Under the pieces are notes generated by a model that saw only the letters and a program-made list of their open reading frames with translations, searched no databases and was not told the origin of the DNA. A program made the translations under genes and the position numbers. A DNA stretch of 63,764 nt, counting the filler, from Phoronis australis (lineage: Eukaryota > Animalia > Phoronida), in the NCBI GenBank assembly GCA_002633005.1. It is 8 parts of 8 records of this genome, joined end to end, with 100 filler letters (N's around TTAATTAATTAA, not from the genome) between each part and the next. Parts side by side here need not be neighbours in the genome. Positions count along the whole stretch, not along the records: positions 10,631 to 12,874 come from NMRA01003773.1; positions 12,975 to 16,478 come from NMRA01002982.1; positions 16,579 to 25,071 come from NMRA01001889.1; positions 25,172 to 29,959 come from NMRA01002486.1; 4 more parts are not named here. The stretch is one strand, 5' to 3'. Shown piece by piece: positions 11,161 to 25,251 of the stretch. Each line of letters starts with the position of its first letter. Positions within the stretch are counted from its first letter, which is position 1.

Positions 11161-13589
11161 AGACTGAATAAAAGATTCTACAAACTGCTAATCGGCTCAT
11201 TGCTGAAATTTAATACATCATTCACGTATACTGGGCAAAAAAGGAACGAACGCATGGGATACAAATGAAAACAGGAAGAATAGGTGCATCCTTTACGGCT
11301 TGACTGCAAACTGACAGGTGAATTGTCTTATTGGTTTGCTATACATTCGAAGAATTGTTGGCAAATGAGTACATGTAGACCCATAGAACTCTCTATACTG
11401 TATTTGAGAAAATGAGACGAAAAGCCGAAGCATATTAGAGGAGTAACCTCTTTACATAAGTAAACATTTGGGAACCAAATCAATCACTGGACTGTGTTTT
11501 AAACATAAAGCTATTTTTAAAAAAAGCTTTTTATGTTTCTAGTCTTTGACTAATTAACCCGCTGAAATCCAGTGCTGAATCTCAAAAATTTCCGAATACA
11601 TGTATTCTTTGCCAGTACAGTCGGCGGTGCATGAAAACATAATGAAACTCGCTTGCCTAATGGGCAAATTCGCCGAGAGCCCCGGCGATGATAACCTGGG
11701 TGCTGTTTTCATGCGGTTTGTCTACGGTAACTGGGACCAAATTACCTATGCAGGGACTCATCCGAACCGCGGTAGATACATGTACATGAGCGGTAGATGC
11801 ATAATTTATCTTTGGAAGCAGGCTACGCTTACGACGCTTCTGACTGGCGAGTTTTCATTTGGCCCACCTCGGCATAATAGGACCTTCTCAGTGACGTACA
11901 GTGTAGAAGCTTTTGGGGCGGATTGGGGGCAGTGGGCCAGGGTGACAACAGAGTAGGGACGCCGACGCGTTGTTGGAAAACAAAGAAACAAAATGTGATG
12001 ACAAGTGTGGAAGACTGTCTTTAATCAGGGGACAAATTGGCGAAGCAAATACGAGCGCACCCCTGGTGGATAGAATTTCTTCCCTACCCCGACTACCATT
12101 CTCCTAGATACCAACTTGAGTTTTTGTAGATCTCGATCGTCACAAAATTTCGACGCGACTTAGGCGTCATCACTTACTTAACGGTACATTTGCCACCACA
12201 TTTTGGTTGCTTTAGTGAGATGACGTTAGCTCTATTGCCCTATAGCCTGTTTCTGGCCCCTAGAACCAGATATCTCGACGTGAAAAACGCAAGTCAACTA
12301 GTGAATTAATATTTCGGGAAAAGCGCCCCCCCCCCATGGCCGTCGTTTCCGGAACATTTCGAAAAAGCCCAAAAGGTGCACATCTTTATAAAAATTAAAC
12401 CTTTTGAAATCCGCATTCTTTTCTGAAATTGGAAAATAAAAACTGGATAAGATATCACGAAATGTTTTCCTTTGCGCCAGCATTGCAGATCACAGTAATT
12501 TTATTGTTTTGAGTGAAACATTAGCGCCCGCAAACTTTGAATTAACTCATACAACAGTTGCTGTTAACATTTTTTGCACATTGGGACTTGCCAAAGGTAT
12601 AAAGGCGTACGGCAACGTCTCTAATCACGTATTTTTCGTAAAAAGATTGCCATAAATACACATGATGGATATATTTATCTGTAGACGAAATCAATGTGCT
12701 TTAGTTTGAAACGAGATTGAATGCACGGGACCCAACACACGTTTTGTTCTGTTGTCATCACTGCCCTTTATGGGACGATGGCTCTGACAAGTTGCGAAAA
12801 ATCCTTCAACCAACTGAAGCTGGGTTCAACAATCGGATCACCCTGCAAACCCAATTAGTTGCTAGGAAGCGTTANNNNNNNNNNNNNNNNNNNNNNNNNN
12901 NNNNNNNNNNNNNNNNNNTTAATTAATTAANNNNNNNNNNNNNNNNNNNNNNNNNNNNNNNNNNNNNNNNNNNNTCTCTCTCTCTCCCATTGCTTTCCAC
13001 AGCTAATAACTTCATTGACTTTTAAATCAACTCCAGGTAAAGGATCTCTCCCTATACAAAAAGATTCTATGAAACCTCTCACATCGCCTACACGAAGGCG
13101 CCAGATTTATGCATACAATTTGGATGTAACAGTAATGGAGGGAAATGCCAATCCGGCATCGAGTTGTTTCAGTAAGGTCGGAAAGAGTGTCAGCTCACAA
13201 ATTGATTAAGTAATTTTTAAAGCTTATGTTATACGACTCAACCATTCCCCAATGATCTCCTGTGGTTGTTAGAAGCATAGAGTGTAGATACTCAACCGTG
13301 GTTCAAAAGCTCAATTCTGTCTTGATAGCTAGTGTGTTTCGGACGGGGGTTTCTTTCAGGATCTTTGAGAAAGCACCCTCAGCTTGCTTATTGATATTGG
13401 TTTCGACATTACGAAGCATTTTCACTCTCCGAGATTGGCTGTCCGTATTAAGCTTATTTACTTGGATGCAAACTTCGTTGAAACACTACTAAACTTTTTT
13501 GTTTGAAAGCTTGATATAGAGTCGCTCGTAGTGTCGAAACAATCTACTGTGCAGCTATGTAGCAAAACACCGAGACACATAAACAAACA

Positions 13590-14660
13590 AATTAAAACAC
13601 TAGCTATATTTTGAGACAGGATGTCTTATCATCAGAAAATAAGTGGAATGGAGAAATACGAAGCGAAATAAACAGTGAAATACACGTGACAGCAGGAATA
13701 GGGGAATACAAGCAGAGTGTGTGAACGTATAACACGGTAGGAAGCCCGCAAGCCTGATGAAACAGAGCCAGCGTGCGGGCTGTGAGCTGCTCATTCAACA
13801 CACGTTTTTCATGACTGATCAACAGGGACTCCAAAATCTTTAACCTAAATGTGTCATTTTCAACATAACGAATGATGGTATTGTCCACTATTTCTTGCCT
13901 AGTTAATTTTCGGTCATGTTGATGTACAAAATAATCTTGAATGGACCCACCCGGAAAGTGCATGGACAACCGTCGCGAGAGTGAACACACCGTGTGTCCA
14001 ATGCAGCGCTGGCTGTTCACTAGAAGGATATGACGTGCAGATTAATAAACAGTATTACATTTGGCCACTGGTCCTAATATTTCACTACTGGGTTTGTTTT
14101 TCATGACAAAGTGACGTGGATTTATTTTCTGATCATAAATGATTACATTCAATCTATCACCAGGTTTGACCACCCCAATGTCATCCCTTACAATCTTCTT
14201 AAGCACATGTTCGTCATTCATATAATTTTAAGACATACTGTTCCTATAATACACGTTCTTAGTAGTACTAGTACTAGAACTAGGTTCAGTGTTTACATGC
14301 GGATCAATCCTAGATATGAAAGACCTAACATGGTTATCAACAAAAGAATTAGTATAACCATTCTTAACTAGAACTTCTTTTATGTGTTGAACATTAACGT
14401 TGAGTGCTTGGCGCGCCCTCTTGAGGTAAGTAGTCAAAACTGCTAGTCTGTAGCTTTCAGGGCATAGCCCTCACATAGTATTAAAATGTCTATGGTTCAG
14501 GCCAGTCATTTTTAACATGTAAACAGGCACCAATAGTTGTAGGTTTATGATAAACTGAAGTATGAGATCCACCGTCAGAATAATGTACAAGGACATCGAG
14601 AAAAGGCAACTTTTCACAGAAGGCAATTCATTCATGAATACTTGGATATTGAAAAAACTG
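13590..14660 (-). mobile_element. Penelope-like retroelement, degenerate 3' part (RT thumb, GIY-YIG endonuclease, terminal hammerhead relic)
   Basis: The minus strand reads EKLPFLDVLVHYSDGGSHTSVYHKPT, then LVKNGYTNSFVD, then CIGHTVCSLSRRLSMH...RLKILESLLISHEKRVLNEQ, with frameshifts. Confidence 0.85.
13598..13640 (-). ncRNA. Degenerate minimal hammerhead ribozyme
   Basis: Minus strand: CTGATGA-T-AAGACA-TCC-TGTCTC-AAAA-TATAGC. The CUGAUGA core and stem II are intact, but GAAA has become AAAA. It sits at the expected end of a Penelope-like element. Confidence 0.45.
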
Positions 14661-14816
14661 TTGCGTCACTGCTATGCGAAGCAACTCAACAAACTTACAA
14701 ATACTCAAGGACGAAACTAATGATTTTATTTTGGGGTGCGTGTAACCCAATTTGCCCAACAGCTGCTATCCGCCCAAAAACCTAAGGAGACGGAGTGGAA
14801 GCATACAAGTTTGATA

Positions 14817-16478
14817 TTAAAGGCAATTTAACTACTGATCGTAGACTTGAGTATGAAAAATGTTATTAACCTTTAGTTGTTGAATAACTCGGAAACTTTC
14901 CCAGTATCAAAACATACATTACAGTTCGATTGGCCGGCATACCAATGCCTTGGCCAAGGGTCTCATATTCGAAACTCGTTAAACATTCATGCCGTCTGTA
15001 GTATTCGAGTACAAATGCGAAAGTTTATTCAAAGCATGTCGTGAAATTATTAAGTTTTAGAGTCGAGCTCCGAGCCTTGACGTCGTCGAATGTGCATTCC
15101 TCCGTTTTTTCGGCTCAGAACCTATGCCATGGTATCACTCAAGTGTTTTTATTTTGCATGTAGAACCAAGTCATCTAGTAGTCTTTCGCTGCTCATTGCA
15201 GAGTACAGAGATACATCTTTTGTAAACATATAAAGATCTCCGCCTTGTTTTATGGCAATCCAAAGCTGTTGAAGTTTAGTCAAATCTTGTTGGCATTCGC
15301 ATTGTTCTTTTGCCTATGAACTTTGCTCCGACTGTTTAAGTGGAACCTAGCATTAACTGTTAGCTCATACGACGCTACAAGTGCATTACATTGTTTCTTC
15401 TGAACATCATATGTCAAAAACAAGAGATCGGATTTGTATGAAACATTCATATACTATGCTTCATGCACTAGTCTCAGAAATGATGAGGATTTATTTTTAA
15501 AGTGATCCAATTTTGCATGAGGAGCTATCAATAAAGGTTTGCAAATTTTTTACAAAAAAATGAAAAGTTTCATGAAACGAGAACGAGCCGATAACTTAAA
15601 TAACTAACAGAATTTCGAGATTTCATCTCGAACATTTACATATATGTCAAATAACATTTGGTAGGACGTTATTGATACCGTTGTTCGACAATGGTTGCTA
15701 AATTTTGATAAAAATGTAGCGGTAGATTGGTATAATGTCAAAAACCAAATTTCACAGGCTCTCTGCTTTCAGAGAATAGATATTTTTCTTGAGTTAAATT
15801 TTATATTTTTTAGGTATTTGACTGGGTGCACAGACTTGTTGGTAAAGTCTTACGTAACGTTGGGGAAAGGGATTTTGTTTCGTTAGCATACCGTTGGACG
15901 GACTGCGTGTGCGATTACGCGATGGGGTAGATCTCGGAAAATGACTTTTCTCGTCGATAATGTGATTAATGTCTTCATCTGTTGCTTTGTGATAAGAGGT
16001 TTTACTTTTCATGACCACGTGCACGAACATTACAGCAAAAGCAAGCTCGGATGTCAACATTTTTCTCATCAATGGGTTGCTTAACTTGCGTAGTGTCATG
16101 TACCGGCGATTTCCGAACGAACCCTCAGTGACTGCACTTAAGATAACAACAATCATCTTAGTGGTGGCGACTTCGGAAGCGATGATTTGTTTCTTCTTCC
16201 TAGATTTTAACTTAGGTTGGCTTAAAATAGAATGTGTTTCGTAGACGGTAGAATTTCGCGAAGAAAGCAAGTATGATCACGTGCTTTCCTTGTTACACAC
16301 GATCATCTATCGCGCAGTCGTGTACGATCTCTCGTTTTGCTAGTTTCTCGCATCTACGGAACCCATGCCAAGTTCAAATTCATTTTATCAGAAGTTTGGC
16401 TACTAGGAAAGCAGTACGGCTTCAGCTCCATTGACAAGTCACTGGTACACGTGAAATACTTCAACTGTCCTTTTAAGG
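14817..16478 (-). mobile_element. Possible highly decayed Kolobok-type transposase region
   Basis: Weak minus-strand remnants LKCSH*GF...NVDIRA (about 16150-16040) and FDTGKV (about 14910-14895), plus TTAAAGG at 14817. Many stops. Confidence 0.25.
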
Positions 16479-18004
16479 NNNNNNNNNNNNNNNNNNNNNN
16501 NNNNNNNNNNNNNNNNNNNNNNTTAATTAATTAANNNNNNNNNNNNNNNNNNNNNNNNNNNNNNNNNNNNNNNNNNNNACTACAAGTCCCTCCAATTGTT
16601 TGATTAGTTTAAGTGCAATTATATATATTGGCTTTTTGACATCGCGACAGGGATCGAAATTCTCTCGCTGTGTCAGACGTATGTGACTAAATATTTCAAT
16701 TTAATTTGCCCACCAACTACCTCCCATCACTTTGGCACCTTCTCGTAGCTTTGTGTTGCGGCTTTTTATGGGCCATCTTACAAGAGATTTTACGTGTTAT
16801 ATCTTAATTATGTTCACCCATATTCTTTGTATTTGTATTCTTTCATAATAAATGACCTTATTTCGCCAACGTCGGTCTCCTTTCATCTCTGGTAATGAGC
16901 TTGTTACTCACGTATTTTACTCGGGACATATGTCGATCATAAATGTACTGTAGGTGGCGCTGAACGCCTGTCCAACACCTAGCTGGTTCCCTGCGTGCTT
17001 AGGTGGAACTGAATAGTTAGTTTGGTTTTGGGGTAGGCCAAGTTTGGGGGCATTTTGTAGGTGGGCATTGCACGTATAGGCTCTGTGAATGTGGTTTGTT
17101 TGTATTTGTGAACATGCTGTGAATAAAAAAGGCCACTTTCTTGGCTGTAGCTGCACTCTTCTTCAAGATGGCGGCCCCCGGCTGCAATTGTGCATTGCCT
17201 GGGTAGCGATTGAGAAATTCAGTTGGCTGTGATTTTAGGTAGCCCTCAAACAAGCAAGAATTGCCAAAAAACTAGTTGGTTGACAGTACCTTTGGACCAC
17301 ATTTTCGGAATCGGTAGGAAATTTGCTTTCAGACTCTTATGTTGGCTTTAGTCGTGCATCGAAAGGGAAGTGGTGTGTTTGAGGTGAAAAGTGCCAATTT
17401 TGCATTTTTTTGCCCTTATTTTTCTTAGTCTCGCTTGGTTTTCAGGGGTAATGAAAGGGTCAAAAATACAAGAGAGAATAAAGTTTCTGTGCTCATCTGC
17501 AGGGCTTTTTATGTGAAATAATTGAAAACATATCATTCTTTGCATCCTGTTTTTGACAGAGTGAAGAAAAGGTGACAAATCAAGTGATGTGTGTTTTGCT
17601 GGCCAAAACCCAGTGAGAACTGTTCTGTGCCTCCTTAGCCTATCCAGTACGCAGGTATCACGCAGTGGCACGCGCTTAAGCATTGGTCGATGTAACCTCG
17701 GCAGTCATTGGTTAGCTTTACAACACCGTGAAAAAATGGGGGACTGTGAACGATTTTCAGCCTTGTCATTCAAATGGCGTCGCAGGCAACTATTTCAACC
17801 CGGCAGTGATGAATATTAGCCACGTGCTTGAAGCACATGCATGTACAATAAACACATATCTGGCCGATTTAACCGGTGTTATTCATACTGTATGAACACA
17901 GGACACTATCGTAAACAAACTGAAAAAGTCATAGTAGAAAGATGCAATCACAATTTCAAGGCTTCACCATTTCCTGAACATAAATTTTAAGCACCCGCCG
18001 ATTT

Positions 18005-18162
18005 CAGGGGCGGATCCAGAATTTTGAGTTAGGGGGTCCAGGACAGGGTATTAGCCAGGATTTTGCCCCATCAGACATTCACACCCCCGACCTGCCAAAT
18101 GTAATCTGGGAGAATTTTAGGGGGGCATGGCTCCCTTGGCCCCCCCTCTAAATCCGCCACTG
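18005..18162. mobile_element. 158-bp MITE with CAG...CTG ends and a 5-bp TSD
   Basis: TIRs CAGGGGCGGAT / ATCCGCCACTG; GATTT duplicated at 18000-18004 and 18163-18167. Confidence 0.75.
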
Positions 18163-21100
18163 GATTTGTCCGTACAACAGACCACATTTACACGTCAGTC
18201 AATCAGCCATGCCAGTTTGTTTGCGTAAAGCGCTGCCTGTTGAGAATTCGACTAGCCAATCAGAAACGCCGGTGTAAAAAAATTTACCGAGGAAAATTAA
18301 GTGATACCCGTGCGTGCTGGCGCGGCTACCGCTCCACCTAGTGGCACGCAAGGAACCAGCGAGGTCCAACACAGACACGATCGCCATCTGGCGAAATAGA
18401 AAATTTCAATAAGGCGGGGCTATTTGGAAAATCAGCTATCGAACATCATTACATTTGCGCAAGGTATATTTCAGATACAAATACCCAGGATAGTCACAAG
18501 GCTTCAGGTACAGAATGGTCTGGCCCACGGTCACACTTGCTAGCGGACTTTGTGTTGGCGGCCAGCTGTTTGTTGAATTTCCGATCAACGCGAAGTTTTA
18601 TGACAACGTGTCTTCTGAATGGCCCGAAGCCTACTTTTATTAAAATCGGACACAAGGTGGCAATGAGGCGACCATTTTTCATTTTGTAGTTTGCACATCC
18701 ATAACTCCACTGCTTGATCTGATGGGATAGCATCCGCGTACCCAACCTAAAATATAGGGGGCTCGAATTCTTCGATATGCGGACCTTTTACTGAAAAAAA
18801 TCAACGAGGACGACTAGGTTCACACCTGCCACTCATGAATCCGTGCCAAATTTCTGTGAACTTTTGTCTCGTTTACTCGGAATTTTTATTTCGCTGTGCC
18901 CAATTCGATCCCCCCCCAGCCCCCCTGGGTGCTTCCATGGATAGAGCATTTCAAGGTCAATCAGAGTTTTGCGACATATTTCTCTCTATGTTTAATTGTT
19001 TTTGAGTTACTCCAAATTTTCCGAGGACTGTTCAGCAAATAACAGAGTTTTGTACCTAATATCGTCGGCGTCCTTTGACGGATTTGTCAGAAATTTGGTA
19101 CGACAGATCTGTCAAGCGATTTCAGCATTACATAACGCGTTTCTTCCTGCTACATGCCCTTCTCACGATGTTCAAGATTTGCTGCTTTAACGATTGTTCT
19201 TTTATTGACTCATCACTTTTCGTCTGATACACATGAAATTGAAGAACAACGTTTTTTATTTAGTCAGTGGCTTGAGAGCTTTTACTTTTTGCGAAATCGG
19301 ACTCGAGATGGCGCTGTGACGACCATTCTAGCTCTGACCGAACTTTTTCAAATTTGTTTTTAAACAGATCACCTAACGGTCTATCTAATACGCTGGTGTA
19401 CTAGGTCCTGTTTATTGATGATCTTGATTTCGTCGTCGACTTCAACTTTAAATTTTTATTCAATTTCGCCAAGTGTTGCTGCACAAAGAGCTTTGATTTT
19501 GATTTGTTTATTCGATGACACACTTGTAAAAGAAAAGAGATATCAATAAATATAAATATCCAATACACAATTCAGCGACATTTACTAAACAAATATTAGA
19601 ATACGCATATTACCAGGATCGAACAATGGATTTGAACGACTGAAAAACGGACAAAAACTTCATTCCGTGCTAATTCATACAAAATATACAATGTGAACCC
19701 GCGCTCTGCTATGAGTATCCCGATTTCGGCTAGTCGGGATACAGCCGTGTCCCTATCAGTTTGGCAGCGAGAGCAAGGGAAAAAGTTGGCAAACCAATGT
19801 TTACATAGTCCAGCCCGCTTCTTATTGTCTAAGTTCATCTGATAAGCGCATGCAATCCAGCAATTATGGTGTCAACAGCACGCCTTACACTAACCAGTAT
19901 TTAAAAATACTATTTCCAAACTACGTTCAACAAATGTCGTGGAGATGTGCTTTGTATGAAATACTATCATCAAAAAGTTTGAACAGAAAAAAACAATCGA
20001 CTTTAGGAGAAATTAGACTGAACTTTCACCTGCCGATTCCTTTGTGTAACTGCAAGCTCTGACCCAGCTTAATACATGTACCACAGCGTTGTGTACCCAC
20101 ACAATAGAGGTTTTTGTCAAGTTTAATCGAACGTGATACTAGATTTGATCGTGATGTTTGAAATTTCTTGGTTTTATGGTGCTGAAATTACCTTGATCGG
20201 CAGAATATTCAGTATTCCGACAAATGCGAGAGCACATGCTCTCGATCAGACGAGCCTCGTGCAATACAGTGAAATTCTCTCGATTCTAGAATCTGTTTCT
20301 GCTGATAAGGCGCTACCAAAAACAGAACTTTTATGATTTTCTTGAAAAACCGAAACCGAAATCATAGTAGTTAGAAAACCATAAAATCTTTGTTGAGATT
20401 GTATCTTGAACATATATATCAAATGGATTTTGGTCCTAGTGTTGATGCCGTTGGTTTGCTGTCAATGTACTTTTCTTTTTTTGATAAAGTTTGCCAAAAA
20501 CACATGATCACGTGGCTCAGTTAATGTTCACCGTGATTGTTAAAACTTTAAAACTGAAATTTTACAGGAATTCCAGTTGCAGGAAGAACTTTTACTGAGT
20601 TAAATAAGCAGACTTTTCACAACGCTTGACACTTATCCTCGTGTCGTCTTTCAGTTTTATTTTGAACTAAGCAAGTTTAGAAAGGATTAACGCATTTGAT
20701 ATTACCCGTCTTTATTATATTAAAATGAAAGGTAACAACCAAGGTTTTCAGGCATCTGCTTAATGTCAATTCAAAACACCTTGGAAGTTCCTGCCGCCAT
20801 AAAATACCTTATTCATGATTACGGAAATATTCGACCTGTTCCGAGCATGATTACCCACTCCCCAGTTTGCCTTTTAGAACAAGGTGGCACTTAACAGTTA
20901 GGCTGCAGCCACGGGGCATTTTCTAGTCCCTAGAATTGATGTGCAGGGCGTATGTCAGGTTTGGCTGGTTGTTCGAGGAATTTGTTGAAAAAAGTTGCCA
21001 GGAAAGTGAGTTGCTTGTATTTTTGAATGAGAAAATCCATTTTTTTAGCCTTGACCCACTTTCCCTGCAAAATGGTGGCTGTCGCTTGCCTTCAACCCCT

Positions 21101-21690
21101 GTTGCCTGCTGACCGAGAAAACGGGTGCGATTTCAGGTGGCTGTCAGACAGATCCAAATTGCGAAAAAATAGCTAGTAAGGGGCGTACTATGACCACATT
21201 TTTAGAATCTAGAGAGTGCGAGCATTCTGAATCTGTAGTCGGATTTTCCCTAGCACTTGCAGGGAAGTGGCAATATTGAGGAGAAAACTGTCAAATTTGG
21301 TGTTTTTTGGTATATTTTTGTGTGCCGGGATTATTTTTTTGCCGATGAGAATTAACCGGTAAAAAATCTGTGGCGTAAGTAAGTTTCAGTTGTCACGAGT
21401 AGTGCTTGTGAGTTGGGAATGTTACAAAACCCTTTTGTTTTTTCAGACATTCGATTAGCACGTAATGAAAGGGCCCATCTGTACTTCGGTGTGCGTCGGC
21501 AGCCAAAAGCCTGTTGTAACTGTAGGTGTGCCCCCATAGTTGGTTTCGGCCTTGTAAACAGCTTCTGCAAGTAAGAACTGCGTCGTTGAAACAGTCCATC
21601 AACAGCGCTTTAATCTGTGTCCTTTTTTGTGTTCAATGCATTCGTAATTCTTAAGCACAGACGTTATTTCCACCTTTCGTTGACTTTGTA

Positions 21691-23930
21691 TTACGTCAAT
21701 GCATCTTTGTGGATCTTCTGAACGTGAGATTTCGGACTTCGCTTCAGGAAGTGGCAACACAGCTCAAATAAAACAATGCCGATATTTTCAAGAAGTTCAG
21801 CGGCCGTGAGCAGGCTTGCTCCAATGCACAGTCCAAGATTTCCACCCAAATCAGCTAAAAATGTACAAAGCAAGACGTTCAAAACCGTAACATGAATATA
21901 CTGAGAATGCATCAAATTTAAAACAACTGAACAAACATTTAGAGGATGCATTGGTGGATCTAGACTGTCATAAGGGGGTTTGACAAGCCTTANTACAATG
22001 ACGCCAAAACTTTTTGGAAAGTTGGTTGACACGCGATAAATTGTTCACTTGTGTGTCAGCCACCTCACTTTTAGAAAAAAGCGTTTTTACCTCCGGAAAG
22101 TGGAGAGTCGAATCCGGTGTGTGAGAATTGGTGGCGATGGAATGACCACTCATTTACATGTAACTGAGTCGCAAAGAGCAGCAATTAATTCGGGTGAATT
22201 GAGCATTGGGAACAAAAGACACGTATCATCCTCATGTTATAAGTTGAACGTAGGATTCAGAAGGAACACAATGCTTCCGAATTTGCTCTACATGTACATT
22301 ACCCACAATTACTTACTGAAGAAATTCATTGAGTCGTAACTTGGCACTTGTTCCACGAGGTCATAGTTAAGCTTTTCAAAAAATATGCGAAGTTCAAGAA
22401 AGTTTTCCCTAAAATGAAATGAACAACAGTTAATTACTTACATCAGAGTCTTCAATTTTGAATAACAGCGTGGGTTTAAAGTTAAAACAATGCCGTAATT
22501 CTTACGCCACGAGCTCCGTTTCCAAGGAGAGGGTATCGTACGATGACTAAACATCTCTTCACGGTCTGTGGGAAGTGGGGTTGCCACTAGGAGGCACGTG
22601 CCTCCCAATAATAAGCAGGCGTCAGGTTGGGATAAAACTGACATAGAGCCCGAGGCAAGGAAAAGTCATTGGGCCAGAGTCAGGGGAGAGTCAAAAAAGG
22701 GAGAAGTGAAATATGCAGAGAAACATTTTAAGAAAACATTTGTCAGCCTGAGATCATAGCCAGGACATATTTGCAGCAAAGATTATCTAAGAGGAATTGA
22801 AAGTGGGCTCTTAACCATACGCATGCTGTTTCAAAATACCAGGAAGAAACCTGTTACTGTATGTACAGAATTTCTAGAGCAGGTTGATTAATAGTTCAGC
22901 AACACTGTTTTAAAGCAAACCTAGAGACCCCTATCGGACAGCAAGGGATAATAGAGTCACCAGACGCTCCCTGCTCTGTTTCATTGAGGTTGTACTTGTA
23001 TGTTCCTTCATACAAACTGGGAACCTGACGGAAAGATGTCATGATAATAGCATCAACTTAATATGTCAAAAAGATTCCTTTAAGGAGGACCACTCAATAA
23101 CTGCATTGAATGTCATTCTGTTCCATATTTTTAACAACATATCATTTCGTATTCAAGAGCCTCCTTCAAACGTGGTCCGCTCTTGGAGGGGCGCTCCTGT
23201 GCATATGGCTACCCCCACCCCCTATTAATCCGGCACTGTCTACTATTCACGAGGGAAGCAAATGTAGATAAAATTGCAACTTGGTTGAAAGGATACAGAT
23301 CATTTTTATGTGAAGTACATAAACATCAAGACAAAAATGTGCCGGAGACTGTATTGAAATAAACAAGTTATGACCACCAGCGAAAAGATGTATTTGAATA
23401 TCATCATTACTAATCATACCACTGAACAGTGATTTTTGTTGCATATTTTCGAAATTGCCCTCGACCGTTGTGGGTGTAAAATGTGATAACAGGGAGTATA
23501 CTGTAATTTAGGACAACGGAGGAAAAAATTTGTGGAAACTAAATTAGTTTGACTGTGCACTTTTTCTTCTGCAGAATTAGTTTTACAATAGGCCCACAAC
23601 TAGACAAATGAATGCTTAACTTCATTGATACAAATCCAAAGTACAAACGAACAATGATAGCACCTTGGCCTTTCAGACTTTTTGCAATGTCTTAGTAGAC
23701 CTCAGAGAACCATACCAATTAATGTTCAAGCGTTTTCACCCCACTTCTGCAAACAGTTGCCAATGGTTACCTGGCAAGTTCTTTTGTGATGTTGAAGTCA
23801 TTCATCAACCTTTGTATCACGTGGTTTCCGGGATACATGGAAGTAGACAGACGATGTTCGTATTGCATTTCATGACAAGGAACGAAACAGTTGCAATCGT
23901 TTTCTATTGATGCGTTTCGGGTGTACTCTT
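21691..23930 (-). CDS. DEG/ENaC family (ASIC-like) amiloride-sensitive sodium channel, last three exons
   Basis: Exons 23930-23771 (CNCFVPCHEMQY...STSMYPG), 22408-22317 (ENFLELRIFFEKLNYDLVEQVPSYD) and 21854-21691 (DLGGNLGLCIGASLLTAAELLE...stop). All introns are GT-AG and in phase. TM2 has the GAS selectivity filter. Upstream exons are not in this segment. Confidence 0.92.
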
Positions 23931-24042
23931 CTGAAAACAAGTTGGTTTGTTTCATGAGTTCGTGAAATGATGTAATATTAATTTTTTTCAAAACATGCAA
24001 AATTCTCAAACATAAAATTGCATTTGACAACCAGGATCATTG

Positions 24043-24194
24043 ATGTAGTGGTAAAATTAGAGGTAAGTAGGCGCCCAAATTCCACTGTATCACTTTGAGC
24101 ACTGGACGTAACTTACGGTGTGTAGGTGTTACGTTTAAATGCTAAAAGGTGATTGGCTGCGCCTACGTGCGCCTACGCCCCACTACAGCACTGA
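24043..24194. mobile_element. Short degenerate MITE (hAT-like ends)
   Basis: Imperfect inverted ends CATTGATGTAGTGG / CCACTACAGCACTG with internal GTAGGCGC/GCGCCTAC inverted motifs. Confidence 0.45.
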
Positions 24195-25251
24195 CCACGA
24201 TTTAAACCAGTAATTTCTTAACGAAATTTAGTATCTTGGTTCTCCATGAGCTTTCACGTCGTGTTCAAGTACAGTAGACCAACATATGTAGCATAAATTC
24301 AAAATTTTAATGAAAACAGGTTTTGCAGTAACGGAAACTGAACATGTATCTCTAAAGTAACCAGGGGTCTGCATCCGAGTGTCTGCTTGATATCTCAAAC
24401 AATCCTGGTCAAATGTTGATGAAATGTGGAACAAGTGTGTAGGACACCAATAGAAAGACGCATGCAACTTTTTTCATTTGCCCCTCCCTCCAAGGTCAGA
24501 GGAACGGGGAGTTTCAGTATTATTTTAGGGTGGAGGGTTTCCGTATGATATCTAGAGAAATTATGTACGACTTCCAGTGAAACTTGACTCATAGTTTTGG
24601 GATTACATGTGCCTGCACCAGTCGATTATTCAGCGGATTCGAAATCTGCAACATCCCCGAATTGTCATTTTTAGTTTCAACGACAGACTTTATCAGCGCC
24701 TTTTGGGAGGAAGAGTGCCTCCGGGAGAATCAATAACCGGATTTCAATGGAATTTAGCACAGAGGTATGCGGCGGCAGTGCACCGGCAACACTAGATTTT
24801 CGGGCAATTTTGTCCACCGCAGCGCCTCCTGGTGGCCATTTTGTTTGGTTCGTCTGTTGTTCATCTGTCTGCTCATTATTTAATAAAGTCATAGCTGGAT
24901 CAAGATGAAATAGGGCGCAATGGTGAAGGGCATCGTTAGGGAGGTGCATGCCACTTTTCACTTTTTCTCGTTGCCGGGGTCAGGATTCGAGGCTATTCAG
25001 TACTTTTGTTTTAGGTAGTTTCAGCATGATACGTAAAAACTGATGAAACTTGACAAAAAGGTATGTGAAAANNNNNNNNNNNNNNNNNNNNNNNNNNNNN
25101 NNNNNNNNNNNNNNNTTAATTAATTAANNNNNNNNNNNNNNNNNNNNNNNNNNNNNNNNNNNNNNNNNNNNATTATTGGCATCGTGTGACAAAAAATTAT
25201 TTCAAACAATACCCACACCAATTACTTACAACACATCATAAGTTCACTTAC

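Noticed and set aside
13130-13330. Possible integrase remnant (GMVESYNISFKNYL on the minus strand)
   Set aside because: Only one short motif-like stretch, needing a frameshift; too weak to call.
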